Below, in pieces: positions 9,312 through 18,247 of a stretch of 49,216 nt of DNA. A program made the position numbers and the translations under genes. Under the pieces are notes generated by a model. It ran no database searches. It was not told the origin of the DNA and was given only the letters and a program-made list of their open reading frames with translations. Location of the stretch: assembly GCA_964433105.1 (NCBI GenBank), contig CAYSQF010000002.1:1-49216 (forward strand), in the 5' to 3' direction. How positions within the stretch are numbered: the stretch's first letter is position 1; each line of letters opens with the position of its first letter. This DNA comes from an uncultured Acutalibacter sp. (lineage in GTDB: Bacteria > Bacillota > Clostridia > Oscillospirales > Acutalibacteraceae).

Positions 9312-11165
9312 ATGTGTGGTTTTGTAGGCTTTTTCAATACATCCGCCGTTACCGACCGGGAAGCGGTGATCCACGCGATGGCGGACCGGATCGCCCATCG
9401 CGGCCCGGACGACGCCCACTATTATGTGGACGACGACATTTCGCTGGGATTCCGGCGGCTGTCCATCATTGATCTGGACGGCGGCAGGCAGCCCATTTTA
9501 AATGAGGACAAAAGTCTGGCCCTGCTGTTTAACGGGGAGATTTACAACTACCAAAGCCTGCGGGAGGATCTGCTGGAAAAGGGACACGTCTTCACCACAA
9601 AATCTGACAGCGAAACCATTCTCCACGGCTACGAGGAATATGGAAAAGAGATTCTGCAAAAGCTTCGGGGGATGTTCGCCTTTGTCATTTGGGACAAAAA
9701 CAAGAAAGAGTTGTTTGGCGCCCGGGATATCTTTGGCATTAAGCCCTTTTACTATTACAAAAAGGGGAAGGAATTTCTGTTCGGCTCGGAAATTAAAAGC
9801 TTTCTTTCCCACCCTGGCTTTGAAAAGGAGCTGGACGAGGAAAAAATTCCCGAGTACCTTTCCTACGAGTATATCCCTTATGAAAACACCCTGTTCAAAA
9901 ACGTGTACAAGCTCCCCGGTGCTCACTGCTTCACCTTCCGGAACGGTGAGCTGCAAATAGAGCGGTATTACCGCATTCAGTACCGGGTTGAGGAAGATAA
10001 ACCCCTGGAGTATTGGGAAGAGCAGATCACAAAGGAGTTTTCCGAGTCTGTCGCCATGCACCAGATCAGCGATGTGGAGGTAGGGTGCTTCCTTTCCTCC
10101 GGCGTGGATTCCAGCTATGTGGTAAAGGAGATTTCCAAAGGCACCAAGAAGGTGAAAACCTTTTCGGTGGGCTACGAAGAGGAAAAATACAGTGAGCTGT
10201 CCTATGCCCAGGATTTTTCCAGCGTGATCGGTGTACCCAACATTTCCAACAAGGTGTCCGCCGATGAATTTTTCGACGCCATGCCAGAAATCCAGTATTT
10301 TATGGACGAGCCATTGCCGAACCCATCGGAGATCCCCCTATATTTTCTGGCGAAAAACGCCCGGAAATACGTGAAGGTGGTGCTTTCCGGAGAAGGGGCG
10401 GACGAGCTGTTCGGCGGCTACCCCATGTATTTGCAGGGAGGCCATTTTGCTCGGTATACCAAAAAGGTGCCCCGGCCTGTTCGCAGACTGGCGGGAGCCG
10501 TGGCGGGAAAACTTCCTGAATTCAAGGGCAAGCATTTCCTAGTGCGGGGCGGCATGGAACCCTGGCAGCGGTTTATGCGGGCCAATTACGTGTTCCAAAG
10601 CAAGGAGCGCCAAAAGTTTCTAAAACGGCCCATCACGTCCAGTCTGCCGGAGGAATACAGCAAGCGGTACTTTGAAGAAGTTCCTGAGCTGGATGAACCC
10701 ACTCAACTGCAGTACGTAGATATGCACACCTGGATGATCTACGACATCCTGTTAAAGGCAGACCGCATGAGCATGGCCAATTCTCTGGAGCTTCGGGTCC
10801 CCTTTCTGGATCGGAAGATGCTGGAGCTTTCCACCCGCATCCCTACCCGCTTTCGAGCGGACTGCACTACAGAAACCACGAAGAAGGCCCTGCGTGGCGC
10901 CGCGATCAAGCAACTGCCCGAACGCACCGCCAACAAGAAAAAACTCGGCTTCCCCGTGCCCCTGTCCGATTGGCTGCGGGAGGAAAAATATTATGAAAAG
11001 GTCAAAACCGCTTTTCAAAGCGATATCGCCGAGCGTTTCTTTGTTACTGGTGAGCTGATGAAGCTTTTAGACGACCACAAAACCGGCAAGGCGCTGAACA
11101 TGCAGAAAATTTGGTCCTTCTACACCTTTATCATCTGGTACGACCAATTCTTTGTAAAAAACTAA
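9312..11165 (+). CDS. asnB: Glutamine-hydrolysing asparagine synthase-like amidotransferase, copy 2
   Basis: MCGFVG N-terminus, same AsnB motif set, SGEGADELFGGYPMY; AAAGGA RBS. Confidence 0.93.
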   Translation: MCGFVGFFNTSAVTDREAVIHAMADRIAHRGPDDAHYYVDDDISLGFRRLSIIDLDGGRQPILNEDKSLALLFNGEIYNYQSLREDLLEKGHVFTTKSDSETILHGYEEYGKEILQKLRGMFAFVIWDKNKKELFGARDIFGIKPFYYYKKGKEFLFGSEIKSFLSHPGFEKELDEEKIPEYLSYEYIPYENTLFKNVYKLPGAHCFTFRNGELQIERYYRIQYRVEEDKPLEYWEEQITKEFSESVAMHQISDVEVGCFLSSGVDSSYVVKEISKGTKKVKTFSVGYEEEKYSELSYAQDFSSVIGVPNISNKVSADEFFDAMPEIQYFMDEPLPNPSEIPLYFLAKNARKYVKVVLSGEGADELFGGYPMYLQGGHFARYTKKVPRPVRRLAGAVAGKLPEFKGKHFLVRGGMEPWQRFMRANYVFQSKERQKFLKRPITSSLPEEYSKRYFEEVPELDEPTQLQYVDMHTWMIYDILLKADRMSMANSLELRVPFLDRKMLELSTRIPTRFRADCTTETTKKALRGAAIKQLPERTANKKKLGFPVPLSDWLREEKYYEKVKTAFQSDIAERFFVTGELMKLLDDHKTGKALNMQKIWSFYTFIIWYDQFFVKN

Positions 11166-11187
11166 GATAATAGAACAGAAAAACGCA

Positions 11188-11216
11188 AGCGGGGCGAAAA
11201 TGATTCACCCCGCTTC
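11188..11216. terminator. Probable terminator hairpin between convergent asnB2 and ilvD-like gene
   Basis: AAGCGGGG...CCCCGCTT stem; A-rich left flank gives a T-tract on the minus strand. Confidence 0.55.
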
Positions 11217-11238
11217 AATATATCAGCAATTTCCAGCG

Positions 11239-12957
11239 TCAGTCCATGTAGCCACCCAAAGCGGGCGATGCGGCGGTTTTGGTAAACAGGCCTAGTGCTC
11301 CGGTCCGGTACCGGGGTTTTCGGGGCTTCCAAGCCGCTTTCCGCTGGGCCAGCACGGCGGCAATCTCCTCTTCGGTGCACGGCTGGCCGTGGATCCCGCA
11401 AAGCCGCAGGATCCGGGCAGGAATGTTGATCTCGATCAGATCCCCCTCCTCTACCAGGGCAATAGGCCCGCCCGAGGAAGCTTCGGGGGAAACATGGCCG
11501 ATGGCCGGCCCTTTGCTGGCGCCGGAGAACCGCCCGTCGGTGATCAGGGCAATGGACGCCGCCAGCTCCGGGTCGGAGGAAATGGCTTCCGTGGTGTAAA
11601 ACATTTCCGGCATACCGCTGCCTTTGGGGCCTTCATAGCGGATGATTACCCCATCTCCAGGTTGGATCTGGTGGTTCAAAATTGCTGCGATGGCGTCCTC
11701 TTCGCAGTCGAAGGGCCGGGCGCGCAGAATGGCCTTATGCATTTCTTTTGGCACGGCGGTGTGCTTGACCACACCGCCCTGAGGCGCCAGATTCCCCTTT
11801 AAAACCGCCACAGCGCCATCCCTGCCAATGGGGTTGTCAAAAGGCCGTATCACATCTGTCCGCTTCAACCCCGTTTGCTTTAGATAGCTGTCGCAATGCT
11901 CATAGTAACCGTTCCTGTTCAGCTCGTCTAGGTTGTCCCCCAGGCATTTCCCTGTTATGGTCATTGCGTCCAGGTGAAGCATGGAACGGATCTCCTCCAT
12001 GATCCGGGGTACGCCGCCCGCATAGTAGAAATACTGGGCCGGCCAGCGCCCCGCAGGCCGGATATCCAGCAAATAGTGGGCGTTTCGGTGCATCCGGTCA
12101 AAATCGTCGGCGGTCAGCTCTACCCCAAATTCCCGTGCAATCGCCGGCAGGTGAAGAAGGGTGTTGGTGGATCCGGAAATGGCGGCGTGAACCATCACTG
12201 CGTTTTCAAAGCTGTCACGGGTCACCATCTGCCGGGCGGTCGGGCCGTTCACGGCCAGCGCCGCCGCCCGCTGTCCCGCCTGTCGGGCGGCTTCCCTCAA
12301 CTCCGGGCAGGTGGCCGGCATCAGGGCGGTGCCCGGGAGCATCAAACCCAGGGCTTCCGCCATGATCTGCATGGTGGAGGCCGTCCCCATGAAGGAGCAG
12401 GCACCACAAGAAGGACAGGCGTTGTGCTTGTAATAGGTGAACTGCTCTTCGGTGATCTCCCCCCGCTGGAACATGGCACTGTATTTGCCGATCTGTTCCA
12501 GGGTTAGCAGGTCCGGGCCGGCTTCCATCACACCGCCGGTCACCACCACGGCGGGGATATTGATGCGCCCAATGGCCATCAGCTGGGCGGGGACGGACTT
12601 ATCGCAGCTGCTGAGAAACACCCCTGCGTCAAAGGTGGTAGCATTGGCGTGTATCTCAATCAAATTGGCAATGGTATCCCGGGAAACCAGGGAATAATTG
12701 ATCCCGTCGTGGCCCTGAGACATGCCGTCGCAGATATCGGTTGCAAAATACAAAGCGGCTTTTGCCCCGTGGCTGTCCGCCCCTTCCGCCGCAGTCCGGG
12801 CCAGCTCCAGCAGATGGGCGCTGCCGGGATGGCTCTGCCCGTAAGTGCTTTCAATAAGGATTTGGGGCTTATCAAGGTCCTCCGGTGTCCAACCCATCCC
12901 CATCCGCAGGGGATCCATCTCCGGAGCCAGCTTTCGTGTTTCCTGACTTTTCAGCAT
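11239..12957 (-). CDS. ilvD: Dihydroxy-acid dehydratase (IlvD/Edd family)
   Basis: DICDG, SCDKSVP, CPSCGACSFMGTASTM, GSTNTLLHL, GNLAPQG, RYEGPKGSGMPEM, TDGRFSG and GHVSPEA motifs. ATG 12957 follows GGAGG. Substrate (branched-chain versus sugar acid) is uncertain. Confidence 0.85.
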   Translation of the reverse strand: MLKSQETRKLAPEMDPLRMGMGWTPEDLDKPQILIESTYGQSHPGSAHLLELARTAAEGADSHGAKAALYFATDICDGMSQGHDGINYSLVSRDTIANLIEIHANATTFDAGVFLSSCDKSVPAQLMAIGRINIPAVVVTGGVMEAGPDLLTLEQIGKYSAMFQRGEITEEQFTYYKHNACPSCGACSFMGTASTMQIMAEALGLMLPGTALMPATCPELREAARQAGQRAAALAVNGPTARQMVTRDSFENAVMVHAAISGSTNTLLHLPAIAREFGVELTADDFDRMHRNAHYLLDIRPAGRWPAQYFYYAGGVPRIMEEIRSMLHLDAMTITGKCLGDNLDELNRNGYYEHCDSYLKQTGLKRTDVIRPFDNPIGRDGAVAVLKGNLAPQGGVVKHTAVPKEMHKAILRARPFDCEEDAIAAILNHQIQPGDGVIIRYEGPKGSGMPEMFYTTEAISSDPELAASIALITDGRFSGASKGPAIGHVSPEASSGGPIALVEEGDLIEINIPARILRLCGIHGQPCTEEEIAAVLAQRKAAWKPRKPRYRTGALGLFTKTAASPALGGYMD

Positions 12958-13049
12958 GCTGTTTCCTCCCACAAAACTTTGTAAATCTATCTCTACTAAA
13001 GATTATAACGCGTCCCGGAAGAAATTGCATTAGAAAAATGAAATACGGA

Positions 13050-13078
13050 TTGACAAAATATAATCTTCAAGGTAAGCT
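13050..13078 (+). promoter_or_regulatory. Putative sigma-A promoter of the MerR gene
   Basis: TTGACA (13050-13055), 17 nt spacer, TAAGCT (13073-13078). Confidence 0.5.
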
Positions 13079-13192
13079 TAACTTTAAGGCAGGGCCCTAC
13101 AGCATCGACTCCGGCGGTTTTGAACATCTTCTTCCCGCCGGTTCATGGGGCTGCCTTTGGTTTTAAACTCAAAGAAAAGGAGCAGACAGCAT

Positions 13193-13576
13193 ATGGAAGG
13201 TTACAGTATTTCGCAAATGGCTGAGCGGTTCGGCGTGGAGCCGCACACCCTGCGGTTTTATGAAAAGGAGGGCATTGTCACATCGGAGCGGACATCCAGC
13301 GGGGTTCGGCGGTATACCGAAGAGGACGTATCCCGAATGGAAATGGCCATGTGCCTAAAAAGCACCGGCATGCCGCTAAAGGAAATCAAGCGGTATTTTG
13401 ACTTGGTGGATGCCGGGGACGACACCCTGGATCAGCGCTTGGACATTTTCATCAGCCACCGTGACCACGTGCTGGAGGAAATCGCCGTGCTGCAGCGCCA
13501 TTTGTGCAGAATTGAGCGCAAAATCCAGTGGTATGAAAGCTTTTTAGAGGAAAAGCGGCATAATCAGGCCGGATAA
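13193..13576 (+). CDS. MerR-family transcriptional regulator (AdhR/NmlR-like)
   Basis: YSISQMAERFGVEPHTLRFYEKEG, RRYTEED and CLKSTGMPLKEIKRY (with the Cys typical of AdhR/NmlR); ATG 13193 after AAGGAG. Confidence 0.9.
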   Translation: MEGYSISQMAERFGVEPHTLRFYEKEGIVTSERTSSGVRRYTEEDVSRMEMAMCLKSTGMPLKEIKRYFDLVDAGDDTLDQRLDIFISHRDHVLEEIAVLQRHLCRIERKIQWYESFLEEKRHNQAG

Positions 13577-13665
13577 TGACGGCCTGCAAAGCGCTGATGG
13601 CGCATCCATTCAATGGTTCTCCAGGGAAAAATTTGAAAAAATGTGTCCAAACTGTAACAAATCTA

Positions 13666-13694
13666 TTGATTTTCCTTGATGAAACAGATATACT
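13666..13694 (+). promoter_or_regulatory. Putative sigma-A promoter of the NCS2 permease
   Basis: TTGATT (13666-13671), 17 nt spacer, TATACT (13689-13694). Confidence 0.6.
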
Positions 13695-13788
13695 GTTATG
13701 GTACCCCAGACTTTGTTTTACAGTTGTTTTACAGGGAAGTGACAAAACAAAATGCGGGGGACTATTTATTTATAGGAGTGTGAATGTC

Positions 13789-15210
13789 TTGGAAAAGTTA
13801 TTTAAGCTCAAGGAAAACGGCACCACAGTCCGGACGGAAATTGTCGCTGGTCTCACCACGTTTATGACGATGGCTTATATCATCGCCTTAAACCCGAACC
13901 TGCTGACGAACTTTGATTCTGGAAGCCCCTTGTGGAACGGTGTGTTCATGGCCACTTGCCTTGCGTCTGCCATCGGCATGTTCGTCATGGCTTTTGCGGC
14001 CAACAAGCCTTTCGCCATGGCGCCCGGCATGGGGCTGAACAGCTTTTTTGCCGTGGTGGTAGGCAACATCGCAAGTCTGACCGGCCTTACCTATTTGGCG
14101 TCCTTCCAAGCCGCGTTGGTCATTATTTTGGTAGAGGGCATTGTTTTCCTGGTGCTTTCCTTGCTGAATATCCGCCAAAAAATTGTAGAAGCTATCCCGC
14201 TTGGCGTGCGGCTGGGCATTGCCCCCGCCATCGGTCTAATGCTGATGAATATCGGCCTTGGCTCCAACGCCGGTATCTATTCTGAAACCGGCGGACCTTT
14301 CTACGCAATGCGTGATTTCTTCGGCGCGCTCACCGCCGGCGTGGCCAGCACCAATATGGGCACGGGTTATCCCGCTATGGTACTTGCTGTCGCGACCATG
14401 TTCATCGGCTTGTTTGTGATTGTGATACTGGCCCACAAGAAAGTCAAGGGCGCTGTGTTGATTGGCATGCTGGTGGCCTCCATCATTCATTGGGCGGGGC
14501 AGGCCATTTTCCTGCACACAAACCCCTTTGCTTCTCTGGCCACAGCTTCCTTCATTCCTCCCTTTGCGGATATGGCGGAAACCACCCTGTTCAAGCTGAA
14601 CTTTGAAGGCTTTCTCCAAATTGGCTGGTTCACTTCCATTACGCTGATTATCACCTTCTGTATGATCGATATGTTTGATACGATCGGCACTTTGGTTGGC
14701 ACCGCTTCCCGCGCCGGCATGGTCGACAAGGATGGAAATATGCCCCAAATGAAGCAGGCGCTGCTGGCCGACGCTATAGGCACCGTGGCTGGCGCTGTTA
14801 CCGGCACATCTACTGTCACTACCTTCGTGGAATCCGCTTCTGGTGTTGAAGCCGGCGGGCGCACTGGTTTAACCGCTTTGACAACCGGCGTTTTGTTCCT
14901 GGCCTGCATGTTTATCGCCCCTGTTGCGGCCATTATCCCCGCCGCTGCCACTTCCGCAGCTTTGATCTACGTGGGAGTCCTCATGCTGAGCGGCTTGAAG
15001 AAAATCGATTTCAGCGATATGAGCCAGATCCTCCCCGTAGCGCTGATGTTGATTGCAATGCCTATCTCCGGTTCCATCGGACACGGCATTGGTCTTGGCC
15101 TGATTTCTTACACTGTTATCAAGGTATTCACCGGCAAGGCAAAGGAAGTCTCTGTCTTGACTTACATCATTTCCGCGCTTTTCCTGGTCAAATTCTTCCT
15201 GGTCGCCTAA
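13789..15210 (+). CDS. NCS2/AzgA-family purine (guanine/hypoxanthine/adenine) permease
   Basis: FKLKENGTTVRTEIVAGLTTFMTMAYI, PFAMAPGMGLNSFF, DMFDTIGT and ESASGVEAGGRTGLTA motifs; multiple TM segments; TTG start after AGGAG. Confidence 0.92.
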   Translation: MEKLFKLKENGTTVRTEIVAGLTTFMTMAYIIALNPNLLTNFDSGSPLWNGVFMATCLASAIGMFVMAFAANKPFAMAPGMGLNSFFAVVVGNIASLTGLTYLASFQAALVIILVEGIVFLVLSLLNIRQKIVEAIPLGVRLGIAPAIGLMLMNIGLGSNAGIYSETGGPFYAMRDFFGALTAGVASTNMGTGYPAMVLAVATMFIGLFVIVILAHKKVKGAVLIGMLVASIIHWAGQAIFLHTNPFASLATASFIPPFADMAETTLFKLNFEGFLQIGWFTSITLIITFCMIDMFDTIGTLVGTASRAGMVDKDGNMPQMKQALLADAIGTVAGAVTGTSTVTTFVESASGVEAGGRTGLTALTTGVLFLACMFIAPVAAIIPAAATSAALIYVGVLMLSGLKKIDFSDMSQILPVALMLIAMPISGSIGHGIGLGLISYTVIKVFTGKAKEVSVLTYIISALFLVKFFLVA

Positions 15211-15286
15211 GGCCTTTAACAACATAAACATATTTGGATGGGCCGAGCAGATTTTGGACCGAATCAGTAAAAACGGATAAATGATA

Positions 15287-15330
15287 AAGCTCCCTGATGT
15301 AGGGTAATAACTACATCAGGGAGCTTCTTT
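15287..15330 (+). terminator. Intrinsic terminator after NCS2 (likely bidirectional)
   Basis: Perfect 16-bp stem AAGCTCCCTGATGTAG / CTACATCAGGGAGCTT followed by CTTT. Confidence 0.8.
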
Positions 15331-15648
15331 ATATGGCTGGGAAATATCAACTCTGCAGCAGATCGAGAAGATGCCGGCACAGGTGATGATACAAAAGCAG
15401 ATAGAAACCGCCATGGCTTAACAGGAAACAGGCCAGTACACAATTTGCTGACACGAGGGTGAAAGAAAAATGCGCAGGATATATCCAAAAACAATACGGC
15501 CGCTATAGCGCCAACTAAGCCGGCAAGTGAGATTGAATCGACACGAGATCCTTTTGAGTTTCACGATGTGAAACTCTTGCACTTCGCTGGCAGCGGCTCA
15601 ACTTATACATTGCTAGGAACGTACCTGTTAATCCATAAAACTGCCAAT

Positions 15649-17040
15649 CTACAAGAGTTGTATTGGGAAGGGTTTCGCTTTCGCCGCACTTTTCATCATG
15701 GGGGCGTAACAGAGGACACAGAGCAGAGTAGAAGTAAGCCAACAGGCAGGGCTTGCGAAGATCATGCCCAGGAACCCAATCCTGTAGACCAGCAGATAAG
15801 TGACCGCCGCCCGGGTTAAAATTTCCGTTACGCCCACCAGAATGGGGATAATAGTTTTCCCCACACCTGTTAAGGCAAAGCGCACGATGTAATTGACGCC
15901 GAGAATGACGTAAAAAATTGACGTCATTCGCATGTACAGCAGGCCGGATTCCAAAATTCCGGTTTCTTCCGCGCCCACAAAGAGAAGCATGAAGTATCTC
16001 CCGAACAGGAACACAAAGCCGGTCAGCCCCAGACTGATGAGGACAGTAATCAGCATACATTTCTTTACGCCTTCTCGTACGCGACCAATGGCGCCTTTGC
16101 CATAATTCTGCGCCGCAAAGGTGGAGACGGCCGTGCCAAACGCGCCAAGAACTTGATACACCAGCGTATCCATTTTACTTCCCGCTGTGTAAGCTGCTAC
16201 ATCCGCGCTCCCCAGGGAGTTTAGGGCCGACTGCAAAACAAGGAAACTCACGGCAAGCAGGGAGGAGAAAAAAGCCATGGGAATCCCCGTGCGCAGGTGC
16301 TGTCCCATCATACCGTTATTCCATTTCCAATCGCTCTTTTCAAAGCGGACCTCCGGCACATTCTTTTTCATGTAGACAAAACACAGGATCGCGGAAATTA
16401 ACTGGGAGAGCACAGTGGCAATGCCTACACCGAAGATACCCCAATGGAAACAGAGGACAAAGAGCAGATCCATTCCTACGTTCAAAAGGGAAGTGAGAAT
16501 CAGAAAAATCAGGGGTGTTACGCTGTTGCCAAAGGCCCGGAGAACGCCCGCTTCATAATTGTAGGTGGCTTGGGCCGCAGTTCCGGCAAAAATGATGACG
16601 GAATAGAGCACGGCCCCGTCCATGACATCCTCCGGGGTATTGATGAGACGAAACATGGCCCGGCAACATAAAATCCCCACCACCGTGACGAACACCGTAA
16701 TGAGGGTGATGAGATAAATACCATTTGTAATGGCGTTCCTGGTTGTCGCTTCGCTGCCGGAGCCGAAATGCTGGGCAATCACAACGGACATGCCGCTCGT
16801 CATGCCGATCATTAAACCCAAAACCAGCTGCGTAACGGGGGAGGTCGTCCCAACGGCTGCCAGGGCAGAAGCCCCCACGCCCCGTCCCACCACGGCGGTA
16901 TCCACCATGTTGTAAAGCTGTTGAAATAGGTTGCCAATCATTACAGGGACCGCGAAGGAAATGATCGCTCGCAGTACGTTTCCCGTGGTCATATCGGTAA
17001 CTTTCGATAAATCAGCAAACCACGCGGTAAGTTTTTTCAT
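15649..17040 (-). CDS. MATE family efflux transporter
   Basis: DMTTGN...FAVPVMIGNLFQQLYNMVDTAVVG, LRAFGNSVTPL and FAAQNYG motifs; ~12 TM; ATG 17040 after GGGAGG. Confidence 0.93.
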   Translation of the reverse strand: MKKLTAWFADLSKVTDMTTGNVLRAIISFAVPVMIGNLFQQLYNMVDTAVVGRGVGASALAAVGTTSPVTQLVLGLMIGMTSGMSVVIAQHFGSGSEATTRNAITNGIYLITLITVFVTVVGILCCRAMFRLINTPEDVMDGAVLYSVIIFAGTAAQATYNYEAGVLRAFGNSVTPLIFLILTSLLNVGMDLLFVLCFHWGIFGVGIATVLSQLISAILCFVYMKKNVPEVRFEKSDWKWNNGMMGQHLRTGIPMAFFSSLLAVSFLVLQSALNSLGSADVAAYTAGSKMDTLVYQVLGAFGTAVSTFAAQNYGKGAIGRVREGVKKCMLITVLISLGLTGFVFLFGRYFMLLFVGAEETGILESGLLYMRMTSIFYVILGVNYIVRFALTGVGKTIIPILVGVTEILTRAAVTYLLVYRIGFLGMIFASPACWLTSTLLCVLCYAPMMKSAAKAKPFPIQLL

Positions 17041-17093
17041 AGTAATGCCTCCCAAAACAAGTAACAGCGCCGGAATTTTTCCCTGCGCTGTTT

Positions 17094-17164
17094 ATTGTAA
17101 GCAATAGTTTTCAATATGTCTAATACTTAATTCGTATGGAATTTCCATACGGTTTAGGCATGGG
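17094..17164 (-). promoter_or_regulatory. Putative LysR operator plus sigma-A promoter for MATE-1
   Basis: CCCATGCCTAAACCGTATG..., perfect palindrome CGTATGGAA-T-TTCCATACG (17133-17151), TAGACA, 17 nt spacer, TACAAT; paralogous to 18144-18213. Confidence 0.6.
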
Positions 17165-18038
17165 TAAGCGAATTCTTCAAGTGGGAGATAAATTTTTCCG
17201 CCGCCTGACTGAAGGGCTGGTTTCGCTTCCACGCTAAAACGGTTGCTGAGACAAGGGGCGGTTCCAGCGGGCGGGATACGATCTGACTCTGATCCAAAAG
17301 GTTGGCAGAGCCCTTTATCACCAGAGCATAGCCCAGGCCCTTTGCCACCATGATGGCGCTGTTGGTGGTGAGATTCCCGGTACAAACGACACGCAGCTTA
17401 CCAAATCCCCGCCCAAACCAATTGGCAAGCTCATCGCGCACGTTCATGCGCCTGGGGAGAAGCACTGGCAAGCCTTTCAAATCCTTCGGCAAAACAGCCT
17501 GCTTTTCGGCCAGAGGATCGTCCGGGCGCATCAAAACGCACCACTCCTCTAAGGTGTATAATCGAATGTAGTCGTATTTCTCAGTGTTGACAGGCTCCAG
17601 CAACAAGCCAATGTCGATCAGGCCCCTGTCCATCCGCTCCTTCACCCCGTCTGCGGAAGCAGTGTATAAATCAAAAGTAACGCGGGGATATTTCTTCTGA
17701 AAAGAGCAGCAGGCTTCCGCCACGATTTCCATAGACCCCAATTCTCCGCAGCCAATGCTTATATTTCCCGAAAGCTCTGTTTCCTCCTTTGCCAGCTCCT
17801 GTGCAGTCTTGTCCGCCAATTCCACGATTTCTTCTGCCCGCCTGCGCAGCAGCATTCCCTCGCCGGTCAGGGCAATTTTACGAGAACCCCGCTCAAATAG
17901 AGTTACTCCCATTTCCTCCTCCAGTTGGGCAAGTTGTCGGGAAAGCGTTGGCTGGGTGATATGTAAAACCTCCGCAGCCTTTGTGATACTCTCCTCCCGC
18001 ACAACCGCCAGAAAGTACCGCAATACCCGAATTTCCAA
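17154..18038 (-). CDS. LysR-family transcriptional regulator
   Basis: LRYFLAVVREESITKAAEVLHITQPTLSRQLAQLEEEMGVTLFER HTH plus substrate-binding domain; TTG 18038 after GGAG. Confidence 0.93.
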   Translation of the reverse strand: MEIRVLRYFLAVVREESITKAAEVLHITQPTLSRQLAQLEEEMGVTLFERGSRKIALTGEGMLLRRRAEEIVELADKTAQELAKEETELSGNISIGCGELGSMEIVAEACCSFQKKYPRVTFDLYTASADGVKERMDRGLIDIGLLLEPVNTEKYDYIRLYTLEEWCVLMRPDDPLAEKQAVLPKDLKGLPVLLPRRMNVRDELANWFGRGFGKLRVVCTGNLTTNSAIMVAKGLGYALVIKGSANLLDQSQIVSRPLEPPLVSATVLAWKRNQPFSQAAEKFISHLKNSLTHA

Positions 18039-18143
18039 GAAATCATCTCCTTTGAAACGCTGGTAACAGCATAGCAGATTCATGCCCTGAAAGCAAGAAT
18101 GAAAGCGAAAAATTCGCAGGTTGTAATACAATCAAGCTTTCTA

Positions 18144-18213
18144 CCCATACCTAAAGAGCATGAGAAATCATTAAAACTAAGTATTGGACATTGGCAAGGG
18201 GCGGTGATATGAT
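18144..18213 (+). promoter_or_regulatory. Putative LysR operator plus sigma-A promoter for MATE-2
   Basis: CCCATACCTAAAGAGCATG (T-N11-A-type dyad) ... TAAGTAT, TGGACA, 17 nt spacer, TATGAT; divergent from lysR. Confidence 0.6.
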
Positions 18214-18247
18214 GGAGTCACAAAAGAAATCACAGGAGGTTTAGCGG

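Noticed and set aside
5201-11165. Reading the asnB/ATP-grasp/small-ORF cluster as a lasso-peptide or graspetide RiPP locus
   Set aside because: Both AsnBs have intact Ntn glutaminase domains (Cys2); no RRE, peptidase or exporter is present; the small ORF is hydrophobic; the ATP-grasp has D-Asp ligase motifs beside a racemase.
13576-13788. 71-aa N-terminal extension of the NCS2 ORF, and similar extensions on topA, trmFO, yqeK, rdgB and lysR in the ORF track
   Set aside because: These regions contain promoters or overlap upstream genes; better RBS-start pairs lie at the family-conserved N-termini.
15333-15342. CCCAGCCA on the minus strand next to a terminator, like a tRNA 3' end or att site
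   Set aside because: No T-arm (GTTCG) or cloverleaf, no second copy and no integrase.
15556-15576. Palindrome GAGTTTCAC-GAT-GTGAAACTC resembling parS
   Set aside because: parS half-sites abut directly; the 3-nt spacer breaks the geometry. It is a single copy and may be just a hairpin or another operator.
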